A DNA stretch of 64,000 nucleotides, taken from contig JAYWIR010000001.1 of NCBI GenBank assembly GCA_036172245.1, positions 9,362,001 to 9,426,000 of the forward strand, in the 5' to 3' direction. The translations under genes were made by a program, and so were the position numbers. The notes under the pieces were generated by a model, which saw only the letters and a program-made list of their open reading frames with translations, made no database searches and was not told the origin of the DNA. This stretch comes from Raillietiella orientalis (taxonomy: Eukaryota). Of the stretch, positions 26,000 through 37,600 are shown one piece after another (the first letter of the stretch is position 1; each line of letters begins with the position of its first letter).

Positions 26000-27850
26000 C
26001 GAGGGGGTTCACGAGCCGCGCACAGTTCGCCATTTTGTTTGTTCTTGTTTACCACTCACGGATACCGCACAATCTGCTGAGTAATCTGGTTGGTTCACCT
26101 ACTATCTGTGAAACCTATTTCGATGAACCTCCTTCCTCCCTCTGTCATTTCACATGGCCGAGGAGGAAATGCAAATTTGCAGCGAACTTCATGATGCTCA
26201 CTGCGAGTCCATCCTGTTTCGGGCGGATGAGCGGTCTCGTGGCAACTGCGTTTCTCTGGGCAGCTTCTTCCTCTGCTCTGGTTTCGATTCTACGTCTTGG
26301 AAGGAGTTTTGCTGTTTTCGGATCGCACGGTGTGCCTGTCCCCTTCATTAATTCGGATGATTGTGGCACGCTGGCTGATCGATCTTTCGAAATCCGACGT
26401 AACCTGAGCATTCCTATGTATCGAGTCCGAGAGCTACGATCAGTCACGGTGCCTTGCGAACACCTTGGCTTGTTTTGCGAACAAAAGGGAACTTTTGCCC
26501 ATTCCGAAAGACATTTTGCCAGAGCCCGCCTTAGAAACCGTTCGCCGATTGACCGATTTTTTTGCTGTCGGAGAGTTCACTTTCCGACTTGCTCTTTAGA
26601 AGGCAGCGCACCGTGGTGTACGCTTTGCAAACATTCGGCAAGCGGCCAATTCAATTAAAGCTCACTGAGTCATTTATATACATTTCGATGCGCCTATACG
26701 TGCCCACCCATAATGGTCTCTCAATTTCCCGACGGCTCAAAGAATCTCTGGCCTGTCGGCAGCTCCAGCTTCCCTGCCCACTTATGGACTTGTCTTTTCT
26801 TTTAAAAGTGGAAATGACCACCGTAAGCGCTGCTGAACGTTTATTAATGCTTGAAAGCATAACCGTCGTCGGGAAAGACTGATTGTGCCACCACGGACGT
26901 CAGCTGCCGAATGTCCCAAATTATCAAACGATGAAATTGTAATTAAGTACTTCAACAATCTATTGAATTTGACCGCAATTTATTGAATTAAAATGAATTC
27001 TCTCTCGCCTCCCCCCCCCTTACACATGTAAGCCTTGACAAAATGAAATAAACAAAACGGGGTAAGAGGAATGAAACAGCTGAAGGATTCTTGAAAAAAT
27101 TTCATGATACGGAGGCTGCAAGGACTAAAGCGTGAGCTCTCTTAAAGCATCAAAGAACCGAAGTTGTTGTCTACTTTTACATCCCAATAATCACCAACCT
27201 TAAAGCACTGCAAGATGTGAGGGACAGATGCGAGCTTAGTTATCATCAACAGTGTGAGAATGTTTTTACTGATGGCGGTACAGCACGGTGGGCTGCGACT
27301 GCACTCTTTGACCCCTGAATGGAAGTCGTCAGTGGAGTTAATGGAACACGCGCATGTCTTCGAGAATCATTTTGCTCCCGTTTGCTTCTGTTTAACTATC
27401 AGCCAGACCGCTTCGTTGGGGAGGAAATTCCTGGAGCGGCAATCGAAACGTGGTCCAAGACTAGGCAACGGAGCTTTTCTCTCCTGCTCCCTCTCTCTTT
27501 CCGCGTTCTCGTTCCTTGCGTGTTTTGAAACCTCTCGAGACACGCGAAATTCGTTCCGTGGTTTCCGTTTTGCTCTGTGTGGATACATCGGCATCTGAAC
27601 AGTGAGTCATTCATCCAGCTGCGCCCATGGTAGGACGCTTCTGTCATGGGACCTCATAAGATGAAAACACGGAGGAAGAGGAAGAATGCTCTCAGGAGTC
27701 CTTGTGAAAACAACGTCCCAAGACCAACACTCGTCTGATCTTGCCTGTAGCCATCGGGCAGCTGGTTCAGTTCAACAGGACGGAATGACTTTTGGAAAAT
27801 TCCATTCCCTCCGTCAGACTGGCGGCGACCAGTTCCTTCTGTTCCGAGAC
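26000..27850 (-). mobile_element. Degenerate LINE RT fossil
   Basis: FDNLGH (~26920; cf. AFDxVxH), ISGQG (~26780), IEMYINDSV (~26680; cf. YADD) and TRYIGM (~26420; cf. KYLG), in the correct order and spacing. Confidence 0.5.
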
Positions 27851-27866
27851 TTTCGCGGGCGACTTG

Positions 27867-28690
27867 GCTTCCCAGCCACGTGCGCCTGGACGTCTGTTCC
27901 ATATGAAATTAAAATAAAAAATCGCAGTCTCTGTGGTTGGACCACTGGTCCAACCACACGTCCGTTTTACCGGGAGCCTGACGGGTGGCCGGTTCGCAGA
28001 CCGATGAGATCCACCACGGCAGTAGAGCGGCGGGGGACAAACAAAAACATTACAAAGGAAAGAAATATAAGAATAAATAAAAAAATCTGGGGAGAGGGTG
28101 GTGCGGGAAGGGGCCTCACCCTGCTGAAGTGGTCCTCTGAATCCTATGGAGGATGCCGGCAGGCTCTTCGTGTATGGAGTTGTACAGGTGGGGCCATCTG
28201 GCTGCCATCCTCATGAATCGGGCGGCAGAGCGGATGTGGTACCCCTGTCCCTCCTCCTCCCCCTTGAATCGCTCCAGGCAGCGACGATCCCGCGTAGGCA
28301 GCAGAGAGCTGCTGAAGAGGCTATGGGACGAAGGGCATCGCAAACTAGGAGGGGTTTCAGGGCATCACTGGAGTTGCCGCCTAGGGGTCCCCATGTCGCT
28401 GCGAGGCGCTCCCAGAGGGGCCGGAGGGCAACACGCTCCCACAAGCAGGTGCGGGAGAGATTCGTGCTCTCAACACCTGGCACAGTTCGAGTCTGCACAC
28501 CTCCGTGTCCAGTCGTGCTGGACGGCGTTGCACGGGAGGCCCCAGTGCAGCAGCAGCAGAAACGCCGACTCCTGCCACTTCAGTGGGAGGTGGGCGTGTG
28601 CAGAAGCACTGGGGACCACTGCAGGTCCTATGTGACGGGATTGTCTTGCACCCCGCCACACCGGCAGATTCCGAAGCGCACAACCCTCAA
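27867..28690 (-). mobile_element. 5'-truncated LINE 3' end (zf-RVT/CCHC + 3'UTR), family A
   Basis: WQESAFLLLLHWGLPCN..DSNCARC*EHESLPHLL/WERVALRPLWE...AARWPHLYNSIHEEPAGILHRIQR*, then a T-rich UTR, hairpins and the terminal motif shared with other copies in this window. Confidence 0.75.
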
Positions 28691-28699
28691 ATCCTCAGA

Positions 28700-29562
28700 T
28701 GAAAGAGGGGCACCTGCCGCACGGAGAAGCTGTCCTCATTCCCTTGGCTGCCGAAGCGAGCGCTCGCGAGTGCGTCGCTGCGGGACGGATTCGCCGCATC
28801 GTACGGGCAATCGGGGAGTGCCCGTTCCTGGAGAACGGCCGCCGTCCGCCGACAAGTGGAGAGAACTGGCATCCAGGCCGGCTCGCGGAAGGCGACGGAA
28901 GGGAGCGCCCGCTCACCCTCGAGGCGGCGGGAACGACCACGCCGCCTCACACCAGAGGGTGCTATGACCTGGCGGGACGTATGGAAAAGCTGCCTTGGTG
29001 TCGGTGGGTCGAAGGCCATCAAGGCTGATGGTCTTTGACATCACTTGACAGCTTCGGGGGGTAGGAGACAGGGGTCTTTGGTCTCTACCGTTCCTTTCCT
29101 TCAGAACCGGCTATGGATGTCGGAGATCTCGCTCCTAACGTCCTCTGGAAGATGGGTCCACTCGGCAGCCGACGTCATGTTCTCGTCGGCTATTCCGGTG
29201 GCCTCTCGTCGAATGGCCTGCTTCTCCAGCTCTCGGTGGGCCTTGTCGATGGCGCGAGTGCAAAAGACTGTTTCAATAATAGCACCTAAGGACAGGCCAC
29301 CTGGCGTGAAGAAGCCGTGCATCAAATCCCTCGCGGTGTTCCCCTGGAGCAGGAGAGCTGAGGCCAGCCTCTATCTTTCTTCCTCTATATTTACTTATAT
29401 TTTTTATATATCTATTTGTGGTCCCCTCCCTCCCGTTCCAGGCTTTCGGTTTACCGACCTGCGTGTCGGGGATCCCTCTATTCGTTTTTCTGTGTCCTTT
29501 GTCCGGAACCCTGTTCCCGGATAGTTTGGAAATAAACGCCCCAGCGCACCCGGGTGGGAAAC
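28700..29562 (+). mobile_element. LINE 3' end, family A (divergent body, clear 3'UTR)
   Basis: The 3'UTR carries CCGAC-CTGCGT-GTCGG (29454-29469) and AATAAACGCCCCAGCG (from 29531), nearly identical to the 44.1 kb and 55.1 kb copies. Confidence 0.6.
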
Positions 29563-29917
29563 AGCTTCGGGGGGGGGGATAACCACGCTGGGGGCCGTCC
29601 TCCACCTTGTTTCTCAAGAAGAAAGGGAGGGGAATGCCTCACGTCGCTGCAAGTGCTCGTCCTAAAGACGGTGAGGTTCTGTGGGCGAGGAAGACGCCTC
29701 GGAGCCAAACCGAGCACACAAAAAGTGAAATGACCTTTGTGTAGGTCCGGTTCCCGAGGGCAGCATTGCTGTGGTCATCTGCATCAGGCAGCAGTTGAGA
29801 ACGATCCACGGACGGAGGCATCGCCCATTAAGCGCTGTTGAGATCGGCTAAGACTCGGCAACATTCTCTCCGCGTGGGCCTTCCCTCAGGTAGCTTGACC
29901 CCTCGTCTGACCTCGAT

Positions 29918-30800
29918 GATTATCACCCGGTCATGCCGCGGCATTCATCACATGAGAATACCTTGGTGTGGTTCTACGACGTGCGATGAACTTGCCGAAG
30001 AGTGCGGCGCTCAGAGGTGCGCCTCGGCAGCGTGGGGAGGGGAAAACAAGAACAAAAAACAGGGTAGAGGTGAGGATTTTTACACGGGTAAGGGGGGGGA
30101 GGATCGAGGAAGGGATCACACAGTACGCTGCCAGACATCTCTGGCATCCTGTTCAGGATGCTGGCAAGTTATGTCCGGATAGTGCCCGGGGGGGGCCATC
30201 TCGAGGCGGTCCTCAGGAAGATTCGCACCCAGTGGATGGCTCCCTACCATTCTGGTCTCTTCTTCCCACATTCCAGGCTGCCACAATTCCGCGGACGCAA
30301 CAGAGAACTTCTAGGGACGCGGCTGACGGCATCACGTGCAAAGAGACGTCTGAGAAAATGTCCTTGGGGCTTGCCTCCCTGCCCTCTGGGGTCCCAAGGG
30401 TCGTCACGAGGCAATCCCAAAGGGGCCAGAGGGCAGCACGGTCCAACAGCAGGGTGCGGGAGGGTCTCCTCCTTCCCGCACCTGTCCCACTATGAGCGTC
30501 TACGCTCCCCCTGCGTCCAGTGGTGAAGGCGCGCTTTGCACGGGATTCCCCCATGCACCACCTGCAACGCCGACTCTCGCCATTCGGGGGGGAGGGCCTA
30601 CTGTTCCAGCAGTCTGGGGGCCGCTTTTCCTCCTCCTGAAGAATTCCAAGCAGCTCTCCTTTGCGTAGAAGTCCTTGGGGACATTCGAGGTCGCAGTGTC
30701 CGTGACCTCCCGAGTTGTCCTCTCCCCAGAAGTTTCTTCTTTGCTTCCATGCAGCGTGTCGCCTCGCACCTTGCCAGGATGCTGGAAGTCCTCTGGGGTT
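29918..30800 (-). mobile_element. LINE 3' end, family A
   Basis: ORF 30213..30887 reads LLLDRAALWPLWDCLVTTLG...LCCVRGIVAAW, homologous to the 28.2 kb and 59.7 kb copies. Terminal motif at 29918-29949. Confidence 0.7.
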
Positions 30801-30844
30801 CTTCTGCTTCCCTTCCGCCTTCTTTTTTTTTTTTTTTGATTCGT

Positions 30845-31462
30845 CAGCGCTGTCTACTCCCCCGGAGGGTACATGCTGACTCTTCAAGTTAGGGGGTGAC
30901 CCATGAGGACCTTTCTATGAATCTAGGAAGGCTCCGGAGGAAAGAGTCCGTTCCTCTCACGCTTGGGAAAGAAAACCACACCCTGGTTGTCTCCAAGGGA
31001 ATACCCAAAGGGAACCTCTCCCTTATTCTCTATCGAGGGACCCCTTGGAGGGGTCCGCTCCTCGTTTCTTCCCCGAAGGAAACCCAGAAAGAATCCGCTC
31101 TTGTTCTCCCCCTCTGAAGAGAACCCAGGAGTGCAGCGCGCTTCTTGCAGTCTGAAGAGGGGGCATCAACCAGCTCCATGGTACGCAATGGGCCGTTCCA
31201 TCTTCACAACCGGAAGGGAACTTTGAAGGACCCCAGAGGGTCAACCTCCAATCCCGGTCAGGCAGTGGGGACAGCCGATTTCCACCGGTGCCACCGCACC
31301 AGAAGCAAACTGGGGCCCACTAGCGTCATCCTGCGGAGGAGACTCGAAACCCACGATCGAGCCCTCCCATTCTCGGCGTCGACCCTTCCCCCCCGGGCGG
31401 GGTTCGAACCCGCGACGTTCGATGTCCACAACGCGGAGACACCAGCCGCGTGTGAACCGTTT
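30845..31462 (-). mobile_element. tRNA-headed SINE-like element, copy B
   Basis: Perfect T-arm GCGGG-TTCGAAC-CCCGC (~31397-31413, minus strand). About 600 nt are colinear with 58069-58772, e.g. GGAGACAACCAGGG and GCGTGAGARGAACGGACT. An A-run follows on the minus strand (30822-30838). Confidence 0.6.
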
Positions 31463-31899
31463 CTTCCACACCCTTCAGCCGAGATGCGCGCGCCATCGCC
31501 GTCGTGCAGATGCGCCGACGCAGCGCGACGGAAGCGAAAAGTCGCCGTCGGTTGCAGCGCGGCATCTCTGTGAAGCTGCATCTTCGACTCCTCCGTGCGC
31601 TGCGTGTCCTTCCGCGTTTGGATGTTCCCTCTCGCGGGCTCGATTTTTTCTCCGCGCGTTCCGAGTTCGGCGGCTGCGCGAAGGGCGGAGGTCCTTTTCC
31701 CGGTAGGGAATGCGAACGAGGGAACGCCGGGCCAGATCAGGACATCAGCTTCCCACGAGCGAGCGAGACCCCGAGTGGCTCGTCCGCTTCCTGCCTCAGC
31801 AGCAGCAGCAGCCCTTCTGGGTCGAACCGTTGCCTCGCCCGGGAGCTCCCACGCGCAAAGAGCGTCCGGCAGCCTCCGCTAGACGTCTACAAGAGCTCT

Positions 31900-32440
31900 A
31901 GGTGACCACTCGGTGGCCGATAAAAAGTAGGGGGTAAGGGATTTTTACGCTCGCACCCACAGCGGGATTTTCCAGCCCGGGATGGCTACCGGGAACGATT
32001 CTTCCCTTTGGCAGCTTCTGCCTTCGCCGATAGGTGGTAGCCCGCTGCCATCCACCAGTTTGCCCTCGAGATAAGTTGCCGGGAGTTGATAAAACGGAGC
32101 GCTGCGAGGGCATCTGGGCAAACAAGCAGGGAGCTCAGTATCAGCTTCTCGAGTGGGTTCCTGGCCTTGTTTATTCCCGAGTGGTTGAGCATCGTTGCCC
32201 AGGGAGAAGGAGTGAGGGGGGGAGGGCATGTCGGGTACGCGCGCCGGTGCCTTCCGATTCTCAAAAGAGCCGTCCGAAGACGCTTTTGCATCCGGCAAAA
32301 CAGAGTCGGCGTCCCGACTGGCGCGTCCCGTTCCGGGGCAAACACGGGGGGGGAGGGGAGTTGCACACCCATCGACACGAAAAAACGGGGACGCTCGTGC
32401 ACCCTACCGCGCATCCTCCTCCACTTTTCGGAGACCTGAA
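31900..32440 (-). mobile_element. Probable LINE C-terminal (CCHC) fragment of another subfamily
   Basis: PCLPRNGTRQSGRRLCFAGCKSVF (cf. CxxC...ESxxHLFxxC); weak match. Confidence 0.35.
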
Positions 32441-32444
32441 GTAG

Positions 32445-33143
32445 CCCCTGGTGCTCACGAACAGTAGCACCTTCTCCCTGAAGCAGCGGAAGCCGGCACT
32501 TTTGCTGTTGCGCGGAAGTCTTCCTTGCAAGGCGCGCCGACGCCGCTGGACGCTGGGGAGGGACAGTCCAGACTGTCGCAGGTGCTGGGAACGGGGGCCT
32601 CCCATCCCGTACCTGCTTGCGGACTGTGTTGCCTCCCGGCTCCGTGGGAGAGTTTCGGGACGACCTTCCGGATCCCAGTTGGCACCCCCAGGGACGATTT
32701 ACGACTCTTCTTCATGCAAAGCGCCCTGAAGCCAACCGCAGCCCCAGCAACTCTGTCGCATCCGCGGAATTGCAGAGACCTAGAGCGAAATCAACAGGGG
32801 GAGAAACGGAAGGGACGCCGTTCAGCTCGCAGCTCATTTTCTGCGTGTAGCGTCCGGATAGTCCCACCTGGGACCTATTCAGACGGACCCAGCCGGCACC
32901 CTGGAACGCATGCAGGCCTCCCTCCAGCGGACAGTGGTCCCCTTCTGACCCTCCAGATTGTTCCTGTTTATTTTTAATTTTATTTTCGCTTTCTTTCTCC
33001 GCCCCTCTCCGCTGCCGAGGAGCTCAGCCGGCGACCCGGCAGGTCCACTGAAGAATCGGCTGCGATGGGACTCCCCGCCCCATCACAAAAGTCGTAGGTT
33101 CACTGTCTCTCAATAAACGCCCCCAGCGTGACCGGGTGGCGAC
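32445..33143 (+). mobile_element. LINE 3' end, family A
   Basis: Nucleotide colinearity with the reverse complement of 59500-59960 (GCCCTGMAGCCARCCGCAGCCCCAGCA; CCCTCCAGCGGAC; CCTCCAGA). Ends in AATAAACGCCCCCAGCGTGACCGGGTGG (from 33112). Confidence 0.75.
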
Positions 33144-33149
33144 TCCGAC

Positions 33150-34450
33150 ACTTCCCGCCTGCGCGCCACCCCAGCGCGATCGCGGAGGAGGCGGTCCGGC
33201 CCAATCACGTGCAGGAGCGAATTCGGGGATCAGCAGCGACAGGAGGGGGGGGGGACCTCGGTGTACAAGAGACGTTCCCTACTGCACCTCCTATACACCT
33301 GGAGCGCAAATTTTTCGGTTATCGAGTGCGTCAGGACGATAAAAAGCGAAAACGGAGGCCGCGCCAAAAAATCCGCGCCGAGGCGATGATTAGTCAGCGA
33401 AAGATAACAGGGCGTACCCGGAGGGCGGGGGGGGATGGCGTCCAAACGGAGCGGCAGCGCGAGGGAGAGGCGTCACTTGGTCGCGGAGCCGTCCAGGATG
33501 GATGCGGTGTTTCGCGGTTTTTGGACACTGATCCTCTCTGCCGATCTCGGAACGGCGACGTAGCATTCAACTGCGCCTTCCGCGGCGATGAGTGCTTTAC
33601 GAGGAAGGCGCTCCGAGGTTTACGAAATCGGAAATCATCGGCTGGGATTTCGCTTTTTTGTTTTGTTTTTCGCGAGGGGGGGGGAGTTACGAGCACGAAA
33701 ACGAGGGCGTAAATAAACTGCGCGATGGGATTGTCCACGTGGTTGTCTCAAAGGACGAGAGCGCCTCTGCCGTCGAAAAGCGCGGGACGTTTCCCCCCCG
33801 AGCTGGCTACGCCCGAGGCCTCTGCGCTGCAACACCACAGAGTCCACATCGTTCGCGACAACCCGAGCGGCATAAAGACGGCAACACGACCGCGAGATGC
33901 GACTCCTCCAGCATGACGGACGAACGTAGGTGGATGCGTTCGTTTCCAATCTCCCAGCCAGTCTTCCTCGTTCCCAGAACCAGAATTTTCCTTTTTGCTC
34001 GATCCGGATGAAGCTTAGAGTCAGAATATTTTTTTTTTTTTTGTGTGTGTGTGTGTGTGTACGCGTGTCTTCTCTCCGGAGTTTGCTTTTGGCCGCTTGC
34101 AGCTTCTTCGACGCCACCTTTCGCATCGCGATCTCCCAGCACGAGCGGGTGTTTCTGAGCGCGCGCGCGAGGGAAAGTCCGGTCTTCCGTGCGCAATGAC
34201 GCAACCACGAGAGCAACCCCTGCCAGGTTCCCATTTGAATCCTCGCAACCTTCTTAATTAACGTATTCACCGATTATCGCCTGGAATGAACCTCCGCCGC
34301 CTGCTTGTCCCCCCCCCCTCCTATGGAAGGAGCCATTCCAAATTCTTTTATTCATGACGTGAGATGTTCCATGTAAATTCTGACCGCGATGGCAGTCTCG
34401 GCACGACTGGTTGCCAACGCCCGTGGACTGCGCGGCTGGCGGAGTGCCTT
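33150..34450 (-). mobile_element. Degenerate LINE RT fossil
   Basis: NTLIKKV..MGTWQGLLSWL..ARKTGLSLARAL (33635..34270; cf. ITLIPK..NWRPISLL..KxLAxRL), RPLRQP (~33750) and EIPADDFRF (~33640; YADD). Confidence 0.6.
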
Positions 34451-35239
34451 CCAGGAAGCGCAGCCGGAAGAGTCCAAGGCTGCGAACACGAAGAGGCGCG
34501 CGACAAGAACGAAAACTAGGTCCCACTCGGGAAGGAAAGCGAAGCGAACGAGGTGTTTCCAGGGAAACGATGCTGCGGACCCCCTCTCCCTGGACTGGGG
34601 GAGTGGTCGAGCAGGCGACGCCCTCCCCCCTCCCCACGAATGCGAGAGAGGCAGGCACACGAGGGTGCTGGCCTGGACCTTCAGCTGCACCTGCTAAGGA
34701 AAAATTCAGAAGCCGATGTGCCAGCGACAATCCCAACAGAGCAATACCAGGGACGACAAGTGAAGGGACCTGCCTTCCCTCCGGGTCTTCGACCCACGAA
34801 GAGACGCGAAAGCAGACCAGCGGCTCCGTCCGTGGGCGATCCGATTGCTTCGTTTGTTGCTCGCGAAGAGCGGAGCCAGAGGATGAAACCCACCCCACTA
34901 CGGATCGTACCAGGGAACATTCCGAAGGCACCGGGATCTTCGACGCAGTGAGCATTCGCCTCACTGAATCACAGATTCCGGGAAGTGGCTCGCCTCCGCA
35001 CCATCGCCTTCCCGGGAACGAGGAGCCCACACAGAGGGCAGTAATGCGGCGCCCCTGCGTTTCGCGGGAGGCGTGAAACCGGCGCCTAAGACGGATCTGC
35101 CCTCCCTCTTCCTCCCGGGCCGACCGCGCATTGCCGACGCACCGCGATCGCACTCTCATGGGGGCTCCGCCGCGCGTTGCACCCCTCCGTGGCTCGCTGG
35201 AGCGTGCAAAGTCCACCGGGGCTCGTCGCGAGGCGTCCC

Positions 35240-37600
35240 TCATTCAGCCATATGCGCATCCTTCCAGAGCTTAGGCTCCCGACGCCGCTGCGTAGAAGCG
35301 CAGCGCTCAGTCCGCAGGCATGCGAGTGGACGAAGGGATTCCCCACGCGATGCATGGACTCCGACCGGATCGATGCCCTCCCCCCCCCCACATGCGCGTG
35401 CGCACAGCCCAGCACGATCTGGAATGCACCTCTTCAAAAAACTGTTGCTGCTGCTGGAAGCTGCGCAGCTTGCAGTGCATCCGCCGCTACTTGCGTTTGG
35501 CCCAGCAAGTCGCAAGCTCGTTGCAGCCTCGGCATACCCAGATCTATGGAAGCGCTCGCACGTTCGTGGTGCAGCATCACCATCACTGCGAACAAATGTA
35601 CTCACTCTGCACGAAAAACAGCATTCGGTTCTTCCCTCGAGCAAGAACTGGCACGTCAGGCAGTTTATCGTACGAGTGTGGCGCTCACTGGCGGTGGAAC
35701 GTGCAGTCCTCTGGCTCCTTCCCGACGTTCCAGACGACCGGCCGCTTCCATCAGATCTTCCCGCGCCCGGCTGAAAACACGTGGCGTGGCTCCTTGCCCT
35801 TCGGGAACTCCATTTGAACAAGTCGCCGCACCATCCGATCCGGAAGCAGAGACGGTGGCATGGGGGCGGAAAAAGGCGAAGGAAGAAGACGTTCTTCCTC
35901 GAACGAGAGTCATCAGAGGGAAAGGACTTTCAAGCCTCGGAGGCGCCGATTCAAGCACACGACTGTTTGCTCCTTTGGTAACCGGGGAAACGAAAGATAA
36001 ATCTTTTCCGAAAATCCTTGCAGGCCACTGGCCAACAGATGCCAAACGTTCCCCGGTTTCAGTTTTTTCGTTTCCTGGCCTCTCTGGATGAGAACCGATG
36101 CCGTGGGAAGCACAAGCGGTTGCCTGAGAAACAGTTACCACCTGAGAAACGGGTGACTGTTTCTTAGATGAAAAACCTTGCTGTTTACCTTACTATAAAT
36201 GTAATGTAGAAAGTGCAAGGTTTTTCATCCGTTTGTTTTTTCTACCACGAAGAGCTGGAGTCCACGGTTCGTAAAAGACTTCGGCTGAAAGCTCGTCTCC
36301 CGCAGCAGCCATTTCGGCTTGCTGAAGACGGGCGTGGATTCTCAAATCAGCCCAACAGGTCTTTCTCATTCAACTCGGGGAACGTAATCAATCTATGGAT
36401 TCCTTTCGATTCTGATGTCCTACCTTCCTGAATGTTGATTTCTAGGACCAATGCAAATTCAGTGTAGCTCAATGAAAATAAAATTCTCATTCCAGCCTGT
36501 CATTGGCTTTCTTGTGCTGGAAAAGCAGCGAGGAATTCTGCCGAGAGAGCGTCCAACCTCGTCTTGCAAGGTTCTTGTTAGTCAAGTGCATCTCACTGAC
36601 TTATCGTAGAGGTCAGGAAAACGCGTTTAGCCAAGATGGGTCACCAAGACGTGTTCTTTGGACCGCTTCGTCGAAACAAACGACGAGTTTGGGAGTGAAT
36701 TTTTTTGCATCTTTGTTTAGACTTTTGGAATGAACTTCGGTTTCGTTCCTTCTTGTCATCGAGGCGGATGCAATAAATTTAAAAATCGCGAAATTTTTAA
36801 TCAGAGTTGTTATTCCCTTGCCCATCATTAAGCAAGAATAAACCCTTCGAAGCCACGGTCATCCCATGCTCTTCCAGCATTTCGTTTTTGGATCAACTTT
36901 CTGTTTATCTTCGAAAAATCACGAGCTTTTATAAACCTTGCCTTTTTAAACACCTTCGATGAGTATTCGACCCCAGGGTTGCCAAGTACGATGCTCGGTG
37001 TTATGCGTGTCGCGAGCAGCGTCATTGGTGACGCACCGCCTTCACTTTCGACGGGATCTTTCGCAGAGTTTCGTCCGAGGTTTGCGGTCTCCGTGCTTGA
37101 TGAGAAGCACGTCAAGCACGCTTGTTGTCGGACTCAAACAAACCCTGCGAGTTCTTCGTTTCAAATCTTGGAATCTTCCGAAATCGCAGCAGGACAGTCA
37201 TTTATTCTGATATATTTGAGTTAATGACTGCCCGACTGTGGCAGTATATTGGAGTCAGTTATATTCCCACCATAGCATATCGCAATGTCTTGTAGTTTAT
37301 AAACAGCGTGTTGTGGCCAATCGCGGCACACCTCGTGGTGTATCATAGCCAATGATGCTTTATACCATTGTGAGTCATTGGTTAATAGCAGTCCGTGCCA
37401 GCCACAGTGAACCTTTCTGTAGCAGAGGGTCTCGCGCCCTGCTGAAGAAGTGTGCTGCTGTGCATCACAATGCCACATACGATAAATACCAAATTGCTGG
37501 CTCCAGAATTTCCTATGGCCACTCTTTTCCCAGTGCATTCTATTCCTTTCCGTATTCCATTTCTTATCCTTTCCTTGTGTATGTGAAGACCGCTCCTTCA
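35240..37600 (-). mobile_element. Degenerate LINE ORF2 fossil
   Basis: EYSSKVFKKARF (~36950), KTRLDALSAEFLAAF (~36550; cf. KxPGxDGLxAEFxxxF), HRLITFPELNEK (~36380), RLESPFPLMTLVRGRTSSSFAFF (~35900; cf. SxxFxLxRGxRQGxPLSPxLF). Confidence 0.55.

Noticed and set aside
35890..35920. Hammerhead-like CTGATGA-CTC..GAG-GAAG on the minus strand
   Set aside because: GAAG instead of GAAA, no stems I/III, and it lies within RT-coding fossil sequence.
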